A stretch of DNA of 64,000 nt. Origin: Candidatus Latescibacterota bacterium (GTDB taxonomy: Bacteria > Latescibacterota > UBA2968). The stretch lies in assembly GCA_965207885.1 (NCBI GenBank), contig OZ242311.1:5120001-5184000 (forward strand). The letters are read 5' to 3'. Numbering within the stretch: the stretch's first letter is position 1; the number at the start of each line of letters is the position of its first letter. Below the pieces are notes generated by a model. The model worked only from the letters and a program-made list of their open reading frames with translations. It was not told where the DNA came from and did no database searches. Below are positions 30,001 to 38,843 of this stretch, piece after piece. The position numbers and the translations under genes are program-made.

Positions 30001-30433
30001 ATATGGTCCAGAGGTGGGCGGGAGCAAGGTGCTGAGCGATTTGAACGTGAACCTGGTGCTGCGAATCGAGCCGGGCACATTCTTCCGCTATAGCCAGCCC
30101 ACGCCATCTCCCTCGACTGCCAACAAGTTGATCAGGAACCAGTTGTTGTTCACCAATCCAACGGCATTCCGCACGGATCTGGGCATTCAGAAGGGCTTCC
30201 GAATTGGGAAGTTGCGTCCAACCCTGTTCTTTGAGGCGACCAATTTGTTCAACGCCAAAAAACCGCGTTCGATCCGCAGGTGGAATTTCTTCCACGACAT
30301 ACCCAAGTACGGTCTGGCTGAGAACCAGCCCACACCAGTGGTGGTGCGGGACAACAACCAGATCTGGGATCAGTGGAACAGCTACACGAATCGCACCCGC
30401 GAGATCTATTTCGGCGTGCGCACGAGCATGTAA
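27086..30433 (+). CDS. TonB-dependent receptor with N-terminal carboxypeptidase-regulatory-like domain
   Basis: TTGKIAGRV.D..G.PLPGANV, plug IQEISVVTG...AEYG....GIINIVTREG, YAQDKMEF, SPRFGVSHPI and C-terminal REIYFGVR. Confidence 0.9.
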   Translation: MIRKLAFLSVLLVCVLGVQDWAQAATTGKIAGRVMDTKGDPLPGANVVITGTNRGATADAEGYYIILLVLPGTHSMEASLVGYQKVVQQDVKVVVGYTSTVDFNLTETALEAAELIVTAERPPVEPDKTASKYYVTADEIDLQPVVKDARAWAGLQPGVQKDGRSVRQGNFQMDEGERRAGWYTTTPKPISLTYTVDGVRMVNNDRRAANMFTGVNRASIQEISVVTGVPEAEYGNMDAGIINIVTREGSRDYHGFFEYRYTVAGKRHYGFNAYDPIIHLNQGTGKSRIRLDDPAWLQEKENIGSDGLPGTADDSGRLVHIQPDDYTDVSGHRLEGSISGPIGDKTSFHVSAQTNRQPVQRPDPALQGLPNYQVTGKLTFGVKPNINLKVGGVYGTNQNFRNTRESALSAGRDLYLPIGMDGAGKEIEWNSMLYAYLTHSLSSRTLYELRISRADSEQDSLDIPVETFNVVRDHDRWFTATPRPVRDFRLNRQTRNNLKFDFSSQVTKGNFFKAGAEATWFQTYQWELQSRGNPGSYRLWSMYDYYASAQNRLGADGQMDYVPVTTVNGVKLADISRASSLDDPAWNGYRDYPRKAFQLGAYAQDKMEFEGMVVNVGVRLDAFDHGGQTRPEPVWSVLPQNRWFSDADAALARQGQTPYPNNPQSFPTYDGLNMFKLSPRFGVSHPITARSAIHFSYGRFFVLPIFYAMYGQTWQVASGRGMSEDLNADGRYSSYEYYGGLEMGSTKRGSTNSRPGSTVNYEVGVDWNFVSDYTANATMFYRRTEDYLQQNNTFLHDPVEKQIKRAHWYQNAYSGETRGLELAVSKRFTNFFSFRATWSWYWEQNNFYGGREWVGRWFVDSDFLAKDAYRFKFAIDQTTGERIWQPLSSAEVDAIGMFANQLVQQEIDANRELWITEKFANQVPDAQVGFPWTNERNIAARIHTIGGVRGPANMRDATGDGSITFLFATPEGYGPEVGGSKVLSDLNVNLVLRIEPGTFFRYSQPTPSPSTANKLIRNQLLFTNPTAFRTDLGIQKGFRIGKLRPTLFFEATNLFNAKKPRSIRRWNFFHDIPKYGLAENQPTPVVVRDNNQIWDQWNSYTNRTREIYFGVRTSM

Positions 30434-30440
30434 ACCGGTG

Positions 30441-30470
30441 GGCCAGAGGACCAGAACAGGTGCTCTGGCC
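30441..30470 (+). other. Intergenic stem-loop (no U-tract)
   Basis: GGCCAGAG.ACC...GGT.CTCTGGCC. Confidence 0.55.
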
Positions 30471-30496
30471 TTGGCGCCTCTATAAGGAGCGAATTT

Positions 30497-32995
30497 ATGT
30501 TTAAACAAATAATTGGTAAGGCGCTTGCTGGCATTTTTCTGACTGGACTATTTGTGACAGGAGTTCAGGCGGTGGATGAGCCAGTGCCAATGAAGCAGAT
30601 CGACCGCTCAAAGCTGTCGGAATCGTTTCGCAACACAGGACAGCAGGGCGGAACATTTGCCCTGGGGTCGCAGGGATATGTGGCGCGAGAAAACGGATCG
30701 ATGACATATCCGTATATTTATACGGGGTCTTCGACATCGGGCAGTTTCGGCGGTCGAGACCAGGACTACGACAACTCGAAGGGCCAGGGGGTGTGGATAC
30801 TCGCGCGGGATGCGAGTGGAAATACCTATGTCACATCCTCCGGGCCGGTGTCCAACACAGGAGATGTGGAGCAGGTCGTGCCGGATCTGACGCCTGGATC
30901 GGGCAATTTGCGCTTGCGGAACGGGCAAGATCCACCGATGGTAGCAGCCCGGCTGGGGTATGATACCCAGGATGCCAACGTGTGGTTCAACACGGACCGC
31001 GGCGGGATTACCGAGCAGCCCAAACCGATTTCCGAAGAGCCTGTGGAAGTGGATAATTACCGCGAGAACGGGTCATATACGCTGCCCCAGTTCGATCACT
31101 TTCCAGAAGAAACCGTGATTTCGAGATGGCGCAGCAATACGAATATCGAACCAGATGGGACCGGCATGACAATGACGCGGACAGCGTATGGATGGAGCCA
31201 TCCGGATTTCGACGATTTCTTCTTTGTAGAACTGGTTGTGGAGAATACTTCAGACAGATCCTATGAAGAAGTGTATATGGGGTATTTGAACTATTTCAGC
31301 GTGAACAAGCCCGGGCACTCCTATCGCAAGTGGAACGGCTACTGGTTTTCCGAGCCGGGGCGTCGGCTGGAAGACGACCGGTATCAGTTTACCGAAGCCG
31401 CCAATTACGGTGGGAAGTATCAGGGCAAAAAGATATCGTATCAATACGATGGCGATGCGCCCACCAGTTCAAATAACGACATGGGCGAACCCCGGTTCGG
31501 TGCAGAGGCCATTGGCGTGATCGGGATGCGGGCAGATCAAGAATTGTATTCGCCGCAATACATAGGCTGGGGACCTGTGGATGTGACACCGCCCTTTATC
31601 AACGACCCGGAAGTCTATGTGCCAATTACGGGCACGGCTATGGGGGGCGAGGATATTCCCAGCAGTCAGCCTGCGTACGCACACTGGTGGAAGCGCCGAA
31701 GCCGCACCAATATCGAGTTTGAGCCACACGTATCGATTGATACGGTTGAGGATATATGGAAGAAGTTTATCACCCCCGGCAAGCCCTATGACGACAACCC
31801 GATTGAGGGTGGCCCAAGCCCCGGTGAGCGAGAGTTGCAGGAGCAACTGCACTCGCAGATGTACGGTCCCTGGAAATTGGCACCGGGCGACAAGGCAAAA
31901 ATCGTGGTGGTTTTTGCCGCGGGTATGGCATCTGAAAATGCGGGTCCGGGCGGTGAGCCGATGGACTTCCGCATCTGGGCAATGACGCCAGGTGCGCAGT
32001 CGCAGGTACCCGGCGGTGAGGATATTTTGTTCAACCACATCGACCGCGCACGTCAATTGTACGCAATGGGTTATGACCTGCCCAATCAACCGCCAGATGT
32101 AGAATCGCTTGCGCGCGCTGAAACCGATCGTCCTCTTTTGCTTCGCAGCAATGCAAATGGCAACGTGGAACTGTCCTGGAGCGACGGTGCCGACGATGCG
32201 GTACACCCGGATTATCCGGGCGGCGAGGCGCAGGATGTGGCCGGTTACAAAATTTATGGGAACACGGCGCTGATCCAGACAGATCCCGTGCAGCATGCTG
32301 GCGCGCCTCTGGGCCCATGGAATCTAATCGCCAAGATTGAGGCAAAAGACCCGAGGTATTACGATGCATCCACCGGGATTTATACTTTTGCCGATGAGAA
32401 CTCAATTACGGGATTCGGGTATCGGTATAATATCGTGACCTATGCCAACGGGCATGCGAACTGGGAGAACCTGAATGCGCAGAAAAATGCGATTTCAGGC
32501 GCGCAAATGCCCGTCCCGACAACACTTGCAGATCTGCCCCCCGTGGTTCAAAACCACATCCGCGCGGGGACCGAGTCGAGCCATATTGTGACGGCTGCGC
32601 GGCACAACACAGTCGGCGGTCAGTTTACACCCGTTGTGGCTGCCTCAGATGGATTCGACGCCTTAGATGAAAAAGTGCTCGTAGTGCCAAATCCGTGGAA
32701 GGACGATGGATTACACTCCTTTGGGGCGCAGGGCGACAACAACAAGCGCATGCGGTTTACCAACCTGCCGCGTCTGGCCCGAATCTCGATTTTCACGGCT
32801 GCGGGAGACCTGGTCATGGAAATAGTACACGATGGGACGCGCGGAGATCAGCACACGGCAGAAGTGAGCTGGACTCAACGGGCGCGTTCTGGCACGTCGT
32901 ATGCATCTCCGGGGATTTATTTCTTCGCCGTAGAATCGCTGGTGCCCGGACAAGACGGCAAGGTTCAAACGGGCAGTTTTCTGATTATCCAGTAA
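30497..32995 (+). CDS. Large secreted protein with FN3-like domain and C-terminal T9SS-type-A/FlgD-like sorting domain
   Basis: Signal peptide, VELSWSD...AGYKIY (FN3-like), and C-terminal VLVVPNPW...RFTNLP...ISIFTAAGDLV...VSW...ASPGIYFFAV. Confidence 0.7.
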   Translation: MFKQIIGKALAGIFLTGLFVTGVQAVDEPVPMKQIDRSKLSESFRNTGQQGGTFALGSQGYVARENGSMTYPYIYTGSSTSGSFGGRDQDYDNSKGQGVWILARDASGNTYVTSSGPVSNTGDVEQVVPDLTPGSGNLRLRNGQDPPMVAARLGYDTQDANVWFNTDRGGITEQPKPISEEPVEVDNYRENGSYTLPQFDHFPEETVISRWRSNTNIEPDGTGMTMTRTAYGWSHPDFDDFFFVELVVENTSDRSYEEVYMGYLNYFSVNKPGHSYRKWNGYWFSEPGRRLEDDRYQFTEAANYGGKYQGKKISYQYDGDAPTSSNNDMGEPRFGAEAIGVIGMRADQELYSPQYIGWGPVDVTPPFINDPEVYVPITGTAMGGEDIPSSQPAYAHWWKRRSRTNIEFEPHVSIDTVEDIWKKFITPGKPYDDNPIEGGPSPGERELQEQLHSQMYGPWKLAPGDKAKIVVVFAAGMASENAGPGGEPMDFRIWAMTPGAQSQVPGGEDILFNHIDRARQLYAMGYDLPNQPPDVESLARAETDRPLLLRSNANGNVELSWSDGADDAVHPDYPGGEAQDVAGYKIYGNTALIQTDPVQHAGAPLGPWNLIAKIEAKDPRYYDASTGIYTFADENSITGFGYRYNIVTYANGHANWENLNAQKNAISGAQMPVPTTLADLPPVVQNHIRAGTESSHIVTAARHNTVGGQFTPVVAASDGFDALDEKVLVVPNPWKDDGLHSFGAQGDNNKRMRFTNLPRLARISIFTAAGDLVMEIVHDGTRGDQHTAEVSWTQRARSGTSYASPGIYFFAVESLVPGQDGKVQTGSFLIIQ

Positions 32996-33004
32996 GACCG
33001 ACGG

Positions 33005-33032
33005 GAGGGGCGGGCGCTCTGTTCCGCCCCTC
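33005..33032 (+). other. Intergenic stem-loop (no U-tract)
   Basis: GAGGGGCGG...CCGCCCCTC. Confidence 0.55.
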
Positions 33033-33053
33033 TACAAACAAAGGAGAGTAGAT

Positions 33054-34067
33054 GTGAAACGATTAACTATTTATACGATGCTCCTGGCCGTCGGGCTTTT
33101 GGGGTCAGACGCCTGGGCACAGCAATACCAGTTGCCGTCCGGCGTGCGCGCGGGTCAGCACCGGACAAAAGAGTTCCACGGAACCGGACGGGCATCGTTC
33201 CACTCGTTGAAGGTGGGGCAAAGCGCGCGGGCAGCAGGAATGGGCGATGCGTTTACAGCCGCAGCCGACGACATCAATGCGATGTTCTGGAACACGGCGG
33301 CATTGACCCACATCGAGCGGTTCGAATATGCCCTGGGATATACGAGCTGGATGGTAGATTCGAAATTTTTCAACGGTGCGGTAGCCTGGCGATACGGCCA
33401 GCAGACCTTTGGGCTATCGGTCATTCAGTTTGACGCGGGCACCTCTCGCGAGACCACGCCTATGGATCCGCAAGGGCGTTTCACGCGGGATATATCGGCC
33501 GGCGATATTTTCATAAACTTCGGTTATGCGTACAAGATGACGGATAAATTGTCGCTGGGTGCATCTGTAAAGTGGATTCAAGAGACACTGGACCAGGATA
33601 AGATCAACAGTGCCTCGTTTGATTTTTCCAGTGTTTTCTACACGGGATTTGGCAGTTCGCGCCTGGCCATGACGCTTCGGAACTTCGGCAAAGACCAGGA
33701 ACTGGTGATTCCCGGTTCTCTCCCACAGGGCACTTCGATTGCCCAGCCCTTGATCTACACCATCGCCCTGGCAATGGAGCCTTATGGACGCAAGGGAGAC
33801 CCCACGTATCTGACCGTGGCAGCAGAACTCGTACACCACATTGACGACCGCGAGCGCTGGCACGTGGGCGGCGAATTGTGGGTAGCCAACACGCTGGCAC
33901 TGCGGGCCGGTTACCGGGGGCGTTACGACCTGGGGACCTGGACAGTGGGCGGCGGCGTCCAAAAGGATTTGGGCGTAGGGCGGAGGATCGGCGTCGATTT
34001 TGCATATATAAGTTTCGGCCATTTATTTGATCCGCCCCTGCGCGTATCCATAACCGGATCGTTCTAA
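33054..34067 (+). CDS. PorV/PorQ-family (FadL-like) outer-membrane beta-barrel
   Basis: LKVGQSARAAGMGDAFTAAADDINAMFWNTAAL signature and terminal F. Confidence 0.85.
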   Translation: MKRLTIYTMLLAVGLLGSDAWAQQYQLPSGVRAGQHRTKEFHGTGRASFHSLKVGQSARAAGMGDAFTAAADDINAMFWNTAALTHIERFEYALGYTSWMVDSKFFNGAVAWRYGQQTFGLSVIQFDAGTSRETTPMDPQGRFTRDISAGDIFINFGYAYKMTDKLSLGASVKWIQETLDQDKINSASFDFSSVFYTGFGSSRLAMTLRNFGKDQELVIPGSLPQGTSIAQPLIYTIALAMEPYGRKGDPTYLTVAAELVHHIDDRERWHVGGELWVANTLALRAGYRGRYDLGTWTVGGGVQKDLGVGRRIGVDFAYISFGHLFDPPLRVSITGSF

Positions 34068-34082
34068 CGGACGCTCCAAAAC

Positions 34083-34128
34083 AAAAAAACGACCGGTGGG
34101 TTTCTCTACTCATCGGTCGTTTTTTTTG
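34083..34128. terminator. Bidirectional rho-independent terminator
   Basis: A7-CGACCGGTG...CATCGGTCG-T8. Confidence 0.8.
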
Positions 34129-34252
34129 AGTTGTGTATCTGCGCCAGACCTCTTCCCGTCACAAAAACAGATGGGAGAAACCCTTGATTTTATCCCACAA
34201 AGAAAATATCATCTCATATGGCAGGCGTCACGCAAAAACTGGGGATATATAG

Positions 34253-34648
34253 ATGCGTCTGTATCTGCTACTCCTGGTCCTGATAATTGGATGCGATTCC
34301 GAAAAAGTGCATCAAGTGGGCGAAGCCGTACCCGCCAATCGCGCGACCCGGATCAAAGAAATCCTGGATCGTCCAGCCGCATTTTTGGAACAGCGAGTCG
34401 TGCTATCGGGCCGCGTGGGACAGGTATGCCAGCACATGGGATGCTGGTTTGTACTACAGGACAACACGCAACATATACTGATTGACCTGGAACAGGGGCG
34501 GACCATAACCGTCCCGCGCAATATCTCTGGCGACTCCCTGCGCGTCGTGGGCGTCGTAAAACGCATCGCAGGCGATCTGCGCCTGATGGGAAAAGGCGTG
34601 GAAATCCATCGCAAAAGGGCAAAGATTTGGTCATTTTTCAATTTATAA
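34253..34648 (+). CDS. OB-fold lipoprotein (DUF4920-like) with CxxxGC motif
   Basis: Lipobox IIGC and VVLSGRVGQVCQHMGCWF. Confidence 0.6.
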   Translation: MRLYLLLLVLIIGCDSEKVHQVGEAVPANRATRIKEILDRPAAFLEQRVVLSGRVGQVCQHMGCWFVLQDNTQHILIDLEQGRTITVPRNISGDSLRVVGVVKRIAGDLRLMGKGVEIHRKRAKIWSFFNL

Positions 34649-35796
34649 GCATCGTCCTGAAAGAACTGCAGCGACACCGCACGCGAAGTGCTCTAACCAT
34701 AAGCGGAGTAGCCCTATCCGTATGCGTACTCGTCAGCCTCCTGGGCCTGGGAACCGGATACCGCACATCCCTCATCCACAGCATTGACCGCCTGGGTTAT
34801 CACGTACTGGTCACCTCAAAAGGATGCCCCTACGAAGCCGCGACCCTGTTGATGCAAGGTGGGGTAATACCGATGTACATGGATGAAGCCATCCACCGGG
34901 AAATCCTTCAAGACGCCGATGTAGCGACCACGACCCGGTTATTCCTCGGATCGCTTCCCGTACACCGGGAGGGATTTTCCCTGATAACGGGAATAGAAAA
35001 CAGCTTTCTAAAAATGAAACCCTGGCTCACCTTCCAGCGGGGTGAGTGGTTCAACGAAAGCGCGACCGATGAGGTAATACTCGGCTACAGCGTAGCGGCG
35101 TATTATCGAAAAACTATCGGGGACGATTTTCCACTCAAAGGACTGGGACAAACATTCCGCGTACGCGGGATTTTTGACCGCAGCGGAACGCAGGACGACG
35201 GCACCATCTTCGTGCCGCTTGGGGTAGCGCAGCGCCTCTTCGACAAAAAGGAGAAACTCACAGGCATCGGCGTAAAATTAAAAGACCTGTCCAGAATAGA
35301 CGGATTTTCGGAACGCGTATTCGAAATACCCTCGGTACAGGTTATCACCATGGCGCAGGTCCAGCGAACCCTTCTCGACCTCCTGGGCACGGCGCGATTT
35401 TTCATCGGAACAGTCACCATCGTAGCCGTGGCAATTGCAGTACTCGGCGTAATGAACACCATGCTAATCGCAGTCTTTGAGCGAACGCGAGAAATCGGCG
35501 TAATGCGAGCAATTGGCGCATCCCGGGGCGATGTATTTGCATTGATCTGTGCAGAGGCACTGATAATCTGCACCATAGGCGGAATCGCAGGTGGCGGAAT
35601 CGCGGTCCTGGGCAGCCGCCTGGCATCTGAAGCCGTGCGCGCAATCCTACCATTTGCCCCCCCAGGCGCACTGGTGCAAATTGATGGCGTACTACTAATC
35701 GGCGGGATTGCAATGGCAATCGGCATGGGCATACTCGCCGGGATCATACCGGGATGGCGGGCTTCCCGCCTGCATCCCATTGCGTGGATGCGCTGA
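34627..35796 (+). CDS. MacB/FtsX-type ABC transporter permease
   Basis: RSALTISGVA N-terminal TM, periplasmic domain, and NTMLIAVFERTREIGVMRAIGA. Confidence 0.9.
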   Translation: MVIFQFISIVLKELQRHRTRSALTISGVALSVCVLVSLLGLGTGYRTSLIHSIDRLGYHVLVTSKGCPYEAATLLMQGGVIPMYMDEAIHREILQDADVATTTRLFLGSLPVHREGFSLITGIENSFLKMKPWLTFQRGEWFNESATDEVILGYSVAAYYRKTIGDDFPLKGLGQTFRVRGIFDRSGTQDDGTIFVPLGVAQRLFDKKEKLTGIGVKLKDLSRIDGFSERVFEIPSVQVITMAQVQRTLLDLLGTARFFIGTVTIVAVAIAVLGVMNTMLIAVFERTREIGVMRAIGASRGDVFALICAEALIICTIGGIAGGGIAVLGSRLASEAVRAILPFAPPGALVQIDGVLLIGGIAMAIGMGILAGIIPGWRASRLHPIAWMR

Positions 35797-35797
35797 A

Positions 35798-36460
35798 ATG
35801 TCGGCTATTCTCGCACAGGGACTCACGCGGATATACCGCCGTTCAGCTGAAGAAATCGCAGCATTATTCGGTGCAGACCTGATCGTAGAACCCGGCGAAT
35901 TTGTAGCCATCACAGGCGCGTCGGGCGCGGGAAAAACAACCCTATTAAACCTTCTGGGCTGTCTGGACCGCCCCACATCGGGCCTCTTGAAATTGCTGGA
36001 TCGAGACGTGAGTACTTTGCGAGGCAAAGACCTGGAAACCATGCGTCGGCAACACGTGGGATTCGTATTTCAAGACTATTGCCTGGTACCCACATTGACC
36101 GTCGAAGAAAATGTGGCACTCCCCCTCCTCTTTTCCCGCGCACTGCATCAACGCGACCGGATAAGGGACTTGCTGGCGCACGTGGATTTGCAGCACCGAT
36201 CAGATCACCTGCCCCGCGAACTATCGGGGGGTGAACAGCAACGGGTAGCCATTGCACGCGCACTCGTAAACAACCCCGAGATCTTGCTCGCAGACGAACC
36301 GACTGGTAACCTGGATTCAAAACGAGGAAATGAGATTGTGACATTATTGCGAAATATGAACCACACCGAGGGAGTGACAATCGTGCTATCCACGCACAAC
36401 CTGGATCTGGCAAATCGAGCAGACCGCCAGATAAAACTCGTAGATGGACGGGTGGTCTGA
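35798..36460 (+). CDS. ABC transporter ATP-binding protein (LolD/MacB-like)
   Basis: GASGAGKTT, LSGGEQQRVAIARAL and LLADEPTGNLD. Confidence 0.92.
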   Translation: MSAILAQGLTRIYRRSAEEIAALFGADLIVEPGEFVAITGASGAGKTTLLNLLGCLDRPTSGLLKLLDRDVSTLRGKDLETMRRQHVGFVFQDYCLVPTLTVEENVALPLLFSRALHQRDRIRDLLAHVDLQHRSDHLPRELSGGEQQRVAIARALVNNPEILLADEPTGNLDSKRGNEIVTLLRNMNHTEGVTIVLSTHNLDLANRADRQIKLVDGRVV

Positions 36461-36461
36461 C

Positions 36462-38840
36462 ATGATTGTAATCCTTCTGCTGCTGATTGTCCTGTCAATC
36501 GGATGCGGTGAGCGAAAAACTCCTTCTCCGGGCATGCGGATGGATTATACCACGCATCTCCAGCAAGGAATAGAAAGCATGCGGCGGGCGCAGCACGAAG
36601 CTGCCGAAGCCGAGTTCCGCCGATGTATTCAAATCGACTCGACGCAAAGCGCGGCCTATCTCCACCTGGGCAAAGTACTCGCAATCCAAAACCGCTCCGA
36701 AGCGGTAACTGCGTTTGAGCGAGCAGTAGCCCGCAATCCGGATGCAGTCGAGGCGCGAACCTGGCTCGCGAGGCTTTACCGATCACAAAGAGAACCCGCC
36801 CGCGCAGCAGCGCAATTTGAAGCAGCTCTCATAAAACAACCCCTGATGCTGGACGTGCGAAAAGAATACGTCACCTGGTTGCTGGGCGGGGAAACCATCT
36901 GGTTTGAAAATCAGAAAATGGGAAGCAGCGGACAAATCATGCCCCTGAACGACTCCCGCATCTTGCTGGAACGCGCATTTCACCATGCCGATAAATTATC
37001 CGATAACGCCATAAACGATGCAGAAGCGCGCTATCTGGCTGGCCTCGCCCTTCTGAGAATGGGGGATTACGAAGCGGCAATTGAACGCTTGAAAGTAGCG
37101 ATGCAAATGCAAAAAGACCGCCTGGATCTCCGCGTACCGGATCGGATGGGCGTAGCCTATTACCGCGCGGGACACTATCGAAAATCAGCCGAAACATTCT
37201 TAAATTTGTTGCGCGCCCTGCCGGAAACAGACGAATGGTTTTTCCGCACCCAGTGGAATCTGAAACAAGCCTATGACAAACTCGGCGGTTATCCCTGGTC
37301 GTTGTGGTCTTATTATCGTTTCGACCAGCGCCCCGAATCCACAGATACCCCCCAGCCCGTGCGCTTTACAGATGTGGCCCGCGACATGGGCGTAGCCAAA
37401 TTGGACGGAGCCGGGCCGAGTGCCTGGGGAGATATCGACGGCGACGGTGACCTGGATCTGCTGGCGCAGGGATGCGACACGTACCTCGCATTTTACCGCA
37501 ACGATGGAACGCAATTTGTGGATATCAGCAACCACATCGGCCTGAAAGACGTGGATTCGGGATTCTCGGGAAATCTCGTCGATTACGACAACGATGGCGA
37601 CCTGGACCTCTACATCGCCCGCAGCGGGTGGTCCGGCCCCGGCTCAAACGCGCTCTACCGCAATGATGGCGGCCAATTCACCGATGTATCCGCGGCTTCG
37701 GGCACAAATGACGAGGGATCGGGATTTGTCTCCCTATGGGGCGATACGGACAACGATGGCAACCTGGATTTATTTATCGCAAATGGCATTGCCGGAGACG
37801 GATCCTCAAACGCACACTACCGCAACAATGGAAACGGAACATTTGTCGAAACCACAAACGAAGCGGGCCTTCATTTTGACCTGGGCACGGTAGGTGCGGC
37901 CTTTGGCGATTACGACTTAGACGGAGACCTGGACCTCTTTGTAACCGGCTTTGAGACGCCCAATGCCCTGTATCGAAATCGCGGCGACGGAACATTTGTC
38001 GATGTCGCACGGGCTTCCAACGTCGCCGGAAGCGGCACCCTTCGAGGCTATGTATCGTTCTTCTTCGACTACGACAACGACGGCGATCTGGATATCCTGA
38101 CCACCTGCCTTGCCGGATTCAAAGAGAGCTTAGAAGGCCAGCGGATCGGCTATACCGCACCCACCGACCCGGCCTATCCAACGCCCAAGCTATACCGAAA
38201 CGAGGGACCGATCGAAGGCTGGCGCTTCACAGATGTATCCTACGAAGCGGGATTCATCTATGCCCACGGCGTGATGGGCGGCAATGTGGGAGATATAGAT
38301 AACGACGGGTACCTGGACGTGTACTTCGGGACGGGCGATCCGGACCTGGGACGCCTGGAACCAAACCGGTTTTATCGCAACAACGGGAACGGGACCTTTA
38401 CCGACCTGACCGAATACGCGGGAATGGGACACCTGGGCAAAGGACACGGCATCACATTTGCCGATTACGACGCAGATGGCGACCTGGATGTGTACGCACC
38501 GCAAGGCGGATGGTACCACGGAGACCTATTCGAAAACGCGCTTTACCGCAACGAGTCGGAAAATCAGAATCGCTGGTTACAGATCACACTTCAAGGACGT
38601 CAAAGCAACCGATCAGGCATAGGCGCAAAATTGCGCCTGACAGTGGGAAACCGCACCCTATTCCGGGAGGTACCCGGAAGCGTCGGATTCGGGTCAACCG
38701 ACCCCTATGCAATCCATTTTGGACTGGGAGATGCCGACCGCGCAACGCGCCTAAAAGTGATCTGGCCCAGCGGAACAGTGCAGGTCGTAGAAGACCTGCC
38801 CGCAGGACAAATTGTGAATATTACAGAACCCATGCCCTGA
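36462..38840 (+). CDS. TPR + FG-GAP/VCBS repeats + ASPIC/UnbV (CRTAC1-like) lipoprotein
   Basis: Lipobox SIGC, TPRs, repeated D.DNDGDLDL...NALYRN, and C-terminal SNRSGIGA...IHFGLG...WPSG. Confidence 0.85.
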   Translation: MIVILLLLIVLSIGCGERKTPSPGMRMDYTTHLQQGIESMRRAQHEAAEAEFRRCIQIDSTQSAAYLHLGKVLAIQNRSEAVTAFERAVARNPDAVEARTWLARLYRSQREPARAAAQFEAALIKQPLMLDVRKEYVTWLLGGETIWFENQKMGSSGQIMPLNDSRILLERAFHHADKLSDNAINDAEARYLAGLALLRMGDYEAAIERLKVAMQMQKDRLDLRVPDRMGVAYYRAGHYRKSAETFLNLLRALPETDEWFFRTQWNLKQAYDKLGGYPWSLWSYYRFDQRPESTDTPQPVRFTDVARDMGVAKLDGAGPSAWGDIDGDGDLDLLAQGCDTYLAFYRNDGTQFVDISNHIGLKDVDSGFSGNLVDYDNDGDLDLYIARSGWSGPGSNALYRNDGGQFTDVSAASGTNDEGSGFVSLWGDTDNDGNLDLFIANGIAGDGSSNAHYRNNGNGTFVETTNEAGLHFDLGTVGAAFGDYDLDGDLDLFVTGFETPNALYRNRGDGTFVDVARASNVAGSGTLRGYVSFFFDYDNDGDLDILTTCLAGFKESLEGQRIGYTAPTDPAYPTPKLYRNEGPIEGWRFTDVSYEAGFIYAHGVMGGNVGDIDNDGYLDVYFGTGDPDLGRLEPNRFYRNNGNGTFTDLTEYAGMGHLGKGHGITFADYDADGDLDVYAPQGGWYHGDLFENALYRNESENQNRWLQITLQGRQSNRSGIGAKLRLTVGNRTLFREVPGSVGFGSTDPYAIHFGLGDADRATRLKVIWPSGTVQVVEDLPAGQIVNITEPMP

Positions 38841-38843
38841 GAA

